Below, in pieces: positions 56,874-64,000 of a stretch of DNA of 64,000 nt. Position numbers and translations under genes: made by a program. The notes below the pieces were generated by a model. It did no database searches and was not told where the DNA came from. It saw only the letters and a list, made by a program, of their open reading frames with translations. Source of the DNA: Defluviitaleaceae bacterium (lineage in GTDB: Bacteria > Bacillota > Clostridia > Lachnospirales > WRBF01); the NCBI GenBank assembly GCA_009784685.1, contig WRBF01000004.1, forward strand, positions 14,419 to 78,418. The letters run 5' to 3'. Positions within the stretch are counted from its first letter, which is position 1, and each line of letters opens with the position of its first letter.

Positions 56874-57473
56874 TTACACAACACTCTCAATTTTTCCATC
56901 AGTCGAAATCGTAACAACTCTTGAAGAGATAAGCTTGCCGCAGTTTCCAAGAGCAGCTTTAACAGAGCTCTCAATGCCTCCGCAGCATGGAACTTCCATG
57001 CGGGCAGCGGTAACTGAATTTATATCATTCTGTTTAAGAATTTCCGATAATTTTTTAGAATAATCCCCGCCGTCAAGCTTAGGGCAGCCGATAATCGTTA
57101 TTTTATCTTTCATCCAATCATTTTGAAAGTCAGGATGTGCAAATGCTGTACAATCAGCCGCAACGAGCAAGTCAGCTCCGTTAAAAAACGGTGCATTTGG
57201 CGAAACGAGCTTTATTTTTAAAGGCCATTGATAGGCACTCGCTTCAATTGTAGATTCTTCTGTTAACAGCGGTGAATCGCTTTCAAAAGAAATTGCTTCC
57301 ACAGGGCAGGCGGGCAGGCAATTCCCTAATCCGTCACAATGGTCAGCACGCAAAAGCTTTGCTTTGCCGTCAACCATCCCGATTGCTCCTTCTTTACATG
57401 CATTAGCACATAAACCACAGCCTACACATTTTTCTTCATCGATTTTGATAGTTCTCTTAGTCATATAAATCAC
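56874..57473 (-). CDS. 4Fe-4S dicluster-domain protein
   Basis: CVGCGLCANAC and CDGLGNCLPACP motifs, followed by a C-terminal Cys-containing domain (VPCCGG). Confidence 0.8.
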   Translation of the reverse strand: MIYMTKRTIKIDEEKCVGCGLCANACKEGAIGMVDGKAKLLRADHCDGLGNCLPACPVEAISFESDSPLLTEESTIEASAYQWPLKIKLVSPNAPFFNGADLLVAADCTAFAHPDFQNDWMKDKITIIGCPKLDGGDYSKKLSEILKQNDINSVTAARMEVPCCGGIESSVKAALGNCGKLISSRVVTISTDGKIESVV

Positions 57474-57487
57474 CTAAATTATCTTTC

Positions 57488-58774
57488 CTAAATATATTTT
57501 TCACGAACATCTTGCGGAACCATTCCTCCGCCTGTTGCCCATGCGATATGTGTTGAATTTTCCATTGCTTCATTTGAGAATTTCTTGATATACTCTTTGT
57601 TCAACTGTAGCGCTGAGTAGCCCGGGAAGCCGGAAGCTGCTGATGGCTCTACAAAAATGCTTTCCTTGCTGTAAAGCTTACCGACCAGATGTTCCATCTT
57701 ACTGTCTTCAACTGTGAAAAACCCGTCGATTAAATTGCCCATAAGGCTGCCAACGAGACCCGAAGCACGGCTTACAGCAAGCCCATCTGCGATAGTTTTT
57801 CCATCAAGCCCGATATCATGCACAGATATTTCATCATGAAGTCCTGTTAGAACCCCTAAAAACACACAAGGGGCTTTTACCGGTTCAGCAAAGAAACAAT
57901 GTACGTTCTCACCATACATATGTTTAAGCCCATATGCCACGCCGCCAGGGGCAGAACCAACGCCGCAGGGTAAATAAACAAACAGAGGGTGATTTTTATC
58001 AACAACTATGCCTTGACTATCAAGCTGTTCTTTCATTCTTAACCCGGTAACGGCATAGCCTAAAAACAAAACTCTTGAATTTTCATCATCGACAAAGTGG
58101 CTGTTTTCATCTTCTTGTGCCTGTTTACGGCCTACTGCTACAGCTTCGCTGTAATTCCCTGTATGCTCAACAACTTCAGCTCCTCTTTCACGCAGTAAAT
58201 CCTTCTTCCATTGACTGGCATCAATCGACATATGAACTACAACACGAAAACCAAGCTTAGCGCCCATAACCCCTATGCTTAACCCTAAGTTGCCTGTAGA
58301 ACCAACTACTATAGAATATTTAGAAAAAAGCTCCTTAAACTTATCATTCTCAAGACATGCATAATCATCTTCCTTTTTAAGCATTCCATTTTCCATAGCG
58401 ACTTTCTCGGCAAACCAAAGAACTTCATATATGCCGCCTCTGGCCTTTATTGATCCGGAAATTGGTAGGTTATTATCACATTTAAGCATCAAGCGACCCT
58501 TAAGACTTTCACCTGCAATTTCTTCCATATATGCCTTCATTTGAGATATTTCTTTAAGCGGAGATTCAATTATGCCGCCTGATTTTGATGTTTCTTTGAA
58601 AACTTTTTTTATATATGGCGCAAAGCGATTAAGTCTTTCTGACACATCTTCAATTTCAGACAGAGTAATATTGGTGGAAATTTTATTGTCACAATTTGGA
58701 TTAACCCAGACAATTTCTTCTTCTTTGGTCATTTTTTCAATTATCGGATATTTATTTATGAGTTTTTCTAACAT
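57488..58774 (-). CDS. dsdA: D-serine ammonia-lyase (D-serine dehydratase)
   Basis: SGSIKARGGIYEV PLP-lysine motif. The 428-aa length and overall pattern fit DsdA. Confidence 0.88.
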   Translation of the reverse strand: MLEKLINKYPIIEKMTKEEEIVWVNPNCDNKISTNITLSEIEDVSERLNRFAPYIKKVFKETSKSGGIIESPLKEISQMKAYMEEIAGESLKGRLMLKCDNNLPISGSIKARGGIYEVLWFAEKVAMENGMLKKEDDYACLENDKFKELFSKYSIVVGSTGNLGLSIGVMGAKLGFRVVVHMSIDASQWKKDLLRERGAEVVEHTGNYSEAVAVGRKQAQEDENSHFVDDENSRVLFLGYAVTGLRMKEQLDSQGIVVDKNHPLFVYLPCGVGSAPGGVAYGLKHMYGENVHCFFAEPVKAPCVFLGVLTGLHDEISVHDIGLDGKTIADGLAVSRASGLVGSLMGNLIDGFFTVEDSKMEHLVGKLYSKESIFVEPSAASGFPGYSALQLNKEYIKKFSNEAMENSTHIAWATGGGMVPQDVREKYI

Positions 58775-58911
58775 GAAATTATCGCCTCACAATATTTAAT
58801 TTAGTAAATATAATACCATGACAAGCACATTTTAGCAAGCTTTGGAGTAGTATGATGTAATACAATCTGTTACATAGGTCTAATTAGCCCCCAAGAGAAG
58901 GAGTGTTTTAT

Positions 58912-59064
58912 ATGTTTCGCATGTATTTTATAAGGAGAATGCTAGGCATAGTGCTCATGTCAATGGGCGCAGGAATGCTCTTAGTGTTGGTTATTCCGGG
59001 GTGGGGATTTATATTAGCAACGCTTATAGTTGCACTTGGATATTGGATTATGTTTATGTGCTGA
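58912..59064 (+). CDS. 50-aa two-TM micro-protein (MFRMYFIRRMLGIVLMSMGAGMLLVLVIPGWGFILATLIVALGYWIMFMC)
   Basis: SD AAGGAG lies 9 nt upstream. It sits immediately upstream of spoVM, and the antisense 79-aa track ORF looks spurious. Confidence 0.5.
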   Translation: MFRMYFIRRMLGIVLMSMGAGMLLVLVIPGWGFILATLIVALGYWIMFMC

Positions 59065-59127
59065 TGTAGTTCGTTGCTTATTGAGCACTGGTTTTTACAC
59101 TGCTTCTTCGAGACGGAGGTGGACTTT

Positions 59128-59202
59128 ATGCGCTTTACTGTTATCAAAGTACCGAAATTTATAGGCGGAATTTTGCGGTTTGTTTTAGGGATAAAGAAAT
59201 GA
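59128..59202 (+). CDS. spoVM: Stage V sporulation protein M (24 aa amphipathic helix)
   Basis: MRFTVIKVPKFIGGILRFVLGIKK compares with B. subtilis SpoVM MKFYTIKLPKFLGGIVRAMLGSFRKD (recalled from memory). SD GGAGGTG and a downstream terminator are present, and rpmB lies nearby as in Bacillus. Confidence 0.85.
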   Translation: MRFTVIKVPKFIGGILRFVLGIKK

Positions 59203-59211
59203 TTGAGAAAT

Positions 59212-59232
59212 GAGCGGTCGAAAGACCGCCTC
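59212..59232. terminator. Terminator hairpin after spoVM
   Basis: GAGCGGTC-GAAA-GACCGCCTC, followed by TTTCATGTTT. Confidence 0.7.
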
Positions 59233-59490
59233 TTTCATGTTTCAGCTTGTGCTCACACGCTCTAGGATATATTTCAAGTAACTTGTACAAATTTATCGAA
59301 CAAACCTTCACACTTGTACACATTGCTTAATATAATATCAGTATCGGCAGCTCTTGTCCGAGCTTGCTGTTTATATAGGTGCCTTCTTAAGCTGCTTACC
59401 CCCGCATCGTTGGTAGCTAGAACAAATTACCAACACAGTAAAGATTTATCATACTTAGGAAGGCATCATTGCTTATTATTTACAAGCCTA

Positions 59491-60090
59491 TCACATCAGC
59501 CTACCCTCCACAAAGTTCAAGATAAGAACATCAAGCCCGCTCACAAGCATTATCAATAATAAAGCTATCAACAGCTTAAAGGCGTAGTTTTTTATTTCGG
59601 AGTAGAATTTTCCATTTTTTGTTATAGATGTTAGGGAAAAATTTATTCCGCAGTAAGAGAGCAAAAAATAACAGGGAATTAAAATCATAGCTTGAGGCAG
59701 GTATATAAAGGCGGCATAAATCAGCCCTCTGAATCCGAATGTTTTAATCAGCAGCGCAGTTGAGAAACCATATCGTGCGCCTGTTAGCATGAATGCCGGC
59801 AGTATAATAAGCCCACCGAATTTAATAAGTGCGAGCACCCAAATTAAAAGAGCTGTAGTTCCGTGCTTAATTAAGCTGTCTACAAATATAATTATAGGAG
59901 GGCTTGTCTCACCTAAGTTTATGCGGTTTATATAGTTAACTATTGACTCTATTGACCGTAGTGCGTTTTGTTCATTCATTGTTAATGCGGAAAAAATACC
60001 TGCTATAGTTCCGGTTATAAAGCAAAGTGATAGGAAAAATATTATAGCTTGAGATTTTTTAAGCCGTGTTTTTCTTTTGGGTTTTGTCAT
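59491..60090 (-). CDS. spoIIM: Stage II sporulation protein M-like membrane protein
   Basis: About 200 aa with 5 TM helices. The size, topology and pattern (…KHGTTALLIWVLAL…AFIYLPQAMILIPCYF…) fit SpoIIM. ATG at 60090 follows AAAGGA. Confidence 0.6.
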   Translation of the reverse strand: MTKPKRKTRLKKSQAIIFFLSLCFITGTIAGIFSALTMNEQNALRSIESIVNYINRINLGETSPPIIIFVDSLIKHGTTALLIWVLALIKFGGLIILPAFMLTGARYGFSTALLIKTFGFRGLIYAAFIYLPQAMILIPCYFLLSYCGINFSLTSITKNGKFYSEIKNYAFKLLIALLLIMLVSGLDVLILNFVEGRLM

Positions 60091-60248
60091 AATTGTTTGT
60101 CCTTTGTTTAAGTTTTTTAAAAATATATGCCAATGCAGCCACAAATATGAAAATTAGGGGTTGCATTTTTTTTTAATGTTTGATAAAATTGCAAAAGTTG
60201 CTATTGTGCCAAAAATAGCAGTAGATATAAATGTGGGAGTTGAAAGCA

Positions 60249-60446
60249 ATGGCAAGATGTGAAATGTGCGATAAAGGCATCCAAACAGGACACAGGCTTA
60301 GCATTACTCGTAGCCAAATTTCGAGACGTGCTAACAGAATGTGGAGACCAAATATCAAAAAAATTAGAGTTGTTCAAAATGGGACAGCAAAAACAGTTAG
60401 TATTTGCACAAGATGTTTACGCTCAGGAGTTGTTACAAGAGCTTAA
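60249..60446 (+). CDS. rpmB: 50S ribosomal protein L28
   Basis: MARCEMCDKGIQTGHRLSITRSQISRRANRMWRPNIKK… is typical L28. 65 aa. Confidence 0.95.
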   Translation: MARCEMCDKGIQTGHRLSITRSQISRRANRMWRPNIKKIRVVQNGTAKTVSICTRCLRSGVVTRA

Positions 60447-60517
60447 TAGTTGTAGTGCGAAATGTTTTATCAATTGGGGATAGGTTTTGAAAAATTGCAA
60501 AATTTTTCAAAATTTGC

Positions 60518-60546
60518 TTGCAAAGGTTTAATTTACATGGTATACT
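60518..60546 (+). promoter_or_regulatory. Sigma-A promoter of the S10 operon, followed by a roughly 260-nt leader
   Basis: TTGCAA (60518-60523), N17 spacer, TATACT (60541-60546). An AT-rich 12-bp-stem palindrome (60485-60512) lies just upstream. Confidence 0.65.
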
Positions 60547-60811
60547 ACCCCTTGTGGAATTTTTTACGAATGTGTAAAATAAGTTTCGCAAAAGCGATGA
60601 TGTAAGAGGTTGCCGATTTTTGGTCGGGTAGTTCTTGCGGAGCAGAAGTCCGGTTCATTGAAGCAGGGCGCATAAGTATATGTTGAATTAGAGCAGTTAC
60701 GTGTTTGAATTTTCACGACACACACGGATAAGTTGAACAGTGCTTTTCGTCTTACCGGAGAATTTGCTAAAGGCGAATTCGAAAAGAGATAATTAAGGAG
60801 GACGACTTTTA

Positions 60812-61123
60812 ATGACAAGTCAAAAAATCAGAATTAGCTTAAAAGCTTATGATCACAAACTGATTGACCAATCGGTAGCACAGATTATAGAAACAGCAAA
60901 AAAGACGGGAGCAACAGTCTCCGGTCCTATACCCATGCCTACCAAAAAAGAAATTATCACAATACTTAGAGCAGTTCACAAGTATAAAGATTCTCGTGAA
61001 CAATTTGAAATGAGAACGCATAAAAGACTTATTGATATTTTAATGCCTACAGCAAAAACAGCCGAAGCTCTTACAAGGCTTGATTTGCCGGACGGTGTTG
61101 ATATAACACTTAAAATAATGTAG
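60812..61123 (+). CDS. rpsJ: 30S ribosomal protein S10
   Basis: [17 protein letters not shown]…THKRLIDI… 103 aa. SD AAGGAGG. Confidence 0.98.
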   Translation: MTSQKIRISLKAYDHKLIDQSVAQIIETAKKTGATVSGPIPMPTKKEIITILRAVHKYKDSREQFEMRTHKRLIDILMPTAKTAEALTRLDLPDGVDITLKIM

Positions 61124-61194
61124 TGAAGTGTAAGTATGATTATTCATTGCCAAAGGCAAAAGAATAATCCGCTATTTTTAGGAGGTGCGCTTTA

Positions 61195-61824
61195 ATGAAA
61201 AAAGCGATTGTGGCTAAGAAAATCGGCATGACGCAAATTTTTGCGGAAAACGGAACTTTAGTTCCGGTAACGGTTTTAGAAGCCGGTCCATGCGTTGTAG
61301 TGCAGCGCAAAACAGTAGAAAACGACGGTTATCAAGCAGTTCAAGTTGGCTTCTTAGATGTTAAGCTTAAACATGTCAACAAACCGGAAAAAGGACATTT
61401 TGATAAAGCAGGCGTAATGCCCAAGAAAGTTCTTAAAGAATTAAGACTTGAATCTATTGATGGACTTGAAGTAGGAACTGAAATTAAAGCAGATGTTTTT
61501 GCAGCGGGTGACCGTGTTGACGTCAGCGGTGTTTCAAAAGGTAAAGGATTCCAAGGTGCGATCAAGAGACATGGTCAAAGCAGAGGTCCGATGTCACATG
61601 GTTCCAAATATCACAGAGGTGTTGGTTCTTTAAGTTCAGGTACAACGCCGGGTAAAGTTAAGAAAAATAAAGCAATGCCAGGTCATATGGGTAACGAAAA
61701 AGTAACGGTTCAAAATCTTGAAATAGTGAGAGCTGACGCAGAAAAAAATCTGCTTCTTATAAAAGGTGCTGTGCCGGGAAGCAATGGAACAATAATATTT
61801 ATTAAAGACAGCGTAAAGGCATAA
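61195..61824 (+). CDS. rplC: 50S ribosomal protein L3
   Basis: KKIGMTQIF…[12 protein letters not shown]…PGHMG. 209 aa. Confidence 0.98.
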   Translation: MKKAIVAKKIGMTQIFAENGTLVPVTVLEAGPCVVVQRKTVENDGYQAVQVGFLDVKLKHVNKPEKGHFDKAGVMPKKVLKELRLESIDGLEVGTEIKADVFAAGDRVDVSGVSKGKGFQGAIKRHGQSRGPMSHGSKYHRGVGSLSSGTTPGKVKKNKAMPGHMGNEKVTVQNLEIVRADAEKNLLLIKGAVPGSNGTIIFIKDSVKA

Positions 61825-61854
61825 AGCTCTTAATGAAGGAAGGAGGATTTATAA

Positions 61855-62475
61855 ATGGCGAAGGTTCCTGTATATGATATTAACGGAAGCAAAGTCGAAG
61901 AAATGGAGTTAAACGATGACATTTTTGGCGTTCCCATGAATGAAAGCGTTTTGCATAGTGCAATTCTTCAATATTTAGCAAATCAAAGACAAGGCACTCA
62001 ATCTGCTAAAACTCGTGCGGAAGTGCGAGGCGGCGGAAGAAAACCTTGGAGACAAAAAGGAACAGGGCGTGCAAGACAAGGTTCTATCCGCTCACCTCAA
62101 TGGAAAGGCGGCGGTGTTGTTTTTGCCCCTAAACCAAGAAGCTATTCGTTTAAACTTAACAGAAAAGTTAAAAGACTTGCTCTTAAATGTGCTTTGTCTT
62201 CAAGGGTTGAAAACGAAAAGATCATAGTTCTTAATGAATTAAACTTTAATGAAGTTAAAACCAAGCAAATGGTTAAAGTTATGGAAAACTTGAAACTCAA
62301 CAAGGCACTTATCGTTCTTGATAATTCCGAGAAAAATGTTGTGTTATCAGCAAGAAATATCCCTAATGTGGAGACAGCTTGTGTAAATACGTTAAATCCA
62401 TACGATATATTAAAGTACGATACGTTTGTAGTCACAAAGAAAGCAGTTTCTTTGATCCAGGAGGTGTATGCTTAA
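61855..62475 (+). CDS. rplD: 50S ribosomal protein L4
   Basis: [29 protein letters not shown]. 206 aa. Confidence 0.98.
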   Translation: MAKVPVYDINGSKVEEMELNDDIFGVPMNESVLHSAILQYLANQRQGTQSAKTRAEVRGGGRKPWRQKGTGRARQGSIRSPQWKGGGVVFAPKPRSYSFKLNRKVKRLALKCALSSRVENEKIIVLNELNFNEVKTKQMVKVMENLKLNKALIVLDNSEKNVVLSARNIPNVETACVNTLNPYDILKYDTFVVTKKAVSLIQEVYA

Positions 62476-62775
62476 ATGGCAGATCTCAAATATTATGACG
62501 TTATATTAAAGCCGGTTATAACCGAAAGAACAATGAACGATATGGCTGATAAAAAATACACTTTCTTTGTTCATCCTGATGCAACAAAACCGCAAATTAA
62601 AGAAGCTGTTGAAAAAATGTTTGAAGGAACAGCAGTTTTAAAAGTTAACACGATGAACCTTGACGGTAAAGTTAGAAGACGCGGTATGACATTCGGAAGA
62701 ACGTCTGCTAAGAAAAAGGCTATTGTTCAGCTTAAAGAAACCAGCAACGAAATAGAATTGTTCCAAGGTATGTAA
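62476..62775 (+). CDS. rplW: 50S ribosomal protein L23
   Basis: YDVILKPVITERTMN…KYTFFVHPDATKPQIKEAVEKMF. 99 aa. Confidence 0.97.
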   Translation: MADLKYYDVILKPVITERTMNDMADKKYTFFVHPDATKPQIKEAVEKMFEGTAVLKVNTMNLDGKVRRRGMTFGRTSAKKKAIVQLKETSNEIELFQGM

Positions 62776-62870
62776 TAGACAAAATGGATGCTAAGTACAG
62801 CAACATGCATCCGAAAAGAATGGGCGCAGGAAAATTAAATCAAAAGCGTCCGCAAAAGGAGTGAAAGTCA

Positions 62871-63704
62871 GTGGGTGTTCAAAGATATAAACCATATACG
62901 CCTTCCAGACGTCAGATGACAAAATCAGACTTTGCTGAAATAACAAAGTCAACTCCTGAAAAAAGTCTTGTTGTTCATATTAAATCAAACGCAGGGCGTA
63001 ATAATCAGGGTAAGATAACAGTTCGTCATCATGGCGGCGGTGCAAAGAAAAAATATAGAATTATTGACTTTAAACGTAACAAAGACGGTATTCCTGCAAA
63101 AGTTGCAGCGATAGAATATGATCCGAACAGAAGTGCAAATATCGCTCTCCTACATTACGTAGATGGCGAAAAAGCGTATATTATAGCTCCGCACGGGCTT
63201 AAAGTAGGCGACAGCCTTATGAATGGCCCTGAAGCTGAAATTCGTATTGGAAACGCACTTCCAATGAGAAATATTCCGATAGGATCTGAAATCCATAATA
63301 TCGAAATGATGCCGGGTAGAGGAGCAAAAATAGTTCGCTCTGCGGGTAACGTGGCTCAACTTATGGCTAAGGAAGGCAAATATGCAACAGTAAGACTTCC
63401 AAGCGGTGAAATGAGAATGTTCCCGATTGATTCAAGGGCAACTATTGGTCAAGTCGGAAATATTGATCACGAGCTTATCAACATAGGTAAAGCAGGCGTT
63501 AATCGCCACAAAGGTAAAAGACCTACAGTCCGCGGTTCTGTTATGAACCCGAACGATCACCCTCATGGTGGTGGTGAAGGTCGCTCACCAATCGGTCGCC
63601 CGGCACCTAGTACGCCTTGGGGCAAACCGGCTCTTGGTTATAAGACACGTAAGAAAAACAAGCCATCTAATAAGATGATTGTTCGTAAGCGTGGAAGCAA
63701 ATAG
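62871..63704 (+). CDS. rplB: 50S ribosomal protein L2
   Basis: GTG start after [22 protein letters not shown]…[13 protein letters not shown]. 277 aa. Confidence 0.98.
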   Translation: MGVQRYKPYTPSRRQMTKSDFAEITKSTPEKSLVVHIKSNAGRNNQGKITVRHHGGGAKKKYRIIDFKRNKDGIPAKVAAIEYDPNRSANIALLHYVDGEKAYIIAPHGLKVGDSLMNGPEAEIRIGNALPMRNIPIGSEIHNIEMMPGRGAKIVRSAGNVAQLMAKEGKYATVRLPSGEMRMFPIDSRATIGQVGNIDHELINIGKAGVNRHKGKRPTVRGSVMNPNDHPHGGGEGRSPIGRPAPSTPWGKPALGYKTRKKNKPSNKMIVRKRGSK

Positions 63705-63718
63705 AAGGAGGAAGTCTG

Positions 63719-64000
63719 ATGAGCAGATCGCTTAAGAAAGGTCCATTCGCAGATGACCATTTAATGAAGAAAGTCATAGCGCAGAATGAGGCAAACACTA
63801 AAAACGTAATTAAAACTTGGTCACGCCGCTCTACGATTTTCCCTGAAATGATTGGACATACAATAGCAGTTCACGACGGCAGAAAACATGTTCCTGTGTA
63901 CGTAACAGAAGACATGGTTGGTCATAAACTTGGTGAATTCGCTATGACAAGAAGCTACAGAGGTCATGGTAAAGATGCGGAAAAACGTTCAAGAGTGAAG
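63719..64000 (+). CDS. rpsS: 30S ribosomal protein S19 (no stop before the window edge)
   Basis: Manual translation gives [19 protein letters not shown]…[15 protein letters not shown]…GHKLGEF. SD AAGGAGG. Confidence 0.95.
   Translation, partial: MSRSLKKGPFADDHLMKKVIAQNEANTKNVIKTWSRRSTIFPEMIGHTIAVHDGRKHVPVYVTEDMVGHKLGEFAMTRSYRGHGKDAEKRSRVK

Noticed and set aside
60485-60512. AT-only palindrome TTTTGAAAAATT-gcaa-AATTTTTCAAAA between rpmB and the S10 promoter, considered as a regulatory operator.
   Set aside because: It is most simply a weak rpmB terminator or an UP-element-like A/T tract. Being all A/T, it is not distinctive enough to claim more.

Overview
This window looks like a chromosomal segment from a low-GC, endospore-forming Firmicute, probably Clostridia-like. 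Spot counts give about 40-48% GC in genes and lower values between them. It is densely coded and mostly core.

Gene content, left to right:
- Sporulation: spoVAA-AB-AC-AD, cwlD, spoVB, spmAB, spoVM and spoIIM.
- Housekeeping: stand-alone carB, mutS2, two radC paralogues, mtaD, an ABC-F ATPase, guaB, ispG, tRNA-Trp, murA, rlmH, lgt, a csp gene and a Liv-type ABC importer.
- DNA repair: ogg and nth.
- Other: a B12/radical-SAM enzyme, dsdA and rpmB.
- A nine-gene polyamine operon on the minus strand: speD, a LysM protein, speA, GNAT, ACT, speE, speB, an M55 peptidase and CANSDH.
- The start of the S10 ribosomal-protein operon: rpsJ, rplC, rplD, rplW, rplB and rpsS.

I found no CRISPR array, transposase, integrase, prophage or recognisable defence or toxin-antitoxin system, so I do not claim a discrete novel system.

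Items worth a second look:
1. A G10 tract lies in a promoter spacer and just after an alternative start codon, upstream of a small membrane protein. This is a candidate phase switch.
2. A tandem radC pair next to mtaD. One copy has a destroyed JAMM motif. The other is a chimera with an MtnA/eIF-2B N-domain.
3. Two related MITE-like hairpin elements of about 165 bp.
4. A 13-mer, TACCCTTGCAATA, occurs four times. Two copies form a perfect 24-bp-arm palindrome at the liv promoter. The other two, in inverted orientation, bracket the ABC-F gene.
5. A 103-codon PolC N-terminal remnant after ispG, followed by a lone tRNA-Trp.
6. A 949-aa secreted protein with an anthrax-lethal-factor-like (M34) metalloprotease signature.
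7. An E. coli-type speD with a roughly 260-nt leader, plus a CANSDH with no adjacent partner decarboxylase.
8. Micro-ORFs missing from the ORF track: spoVM (24 aa), a 50-aa membrane peptide and a 31-aa SASP-like peptide.

All calls come from reading the translations and sequence by eye; no database search was run.
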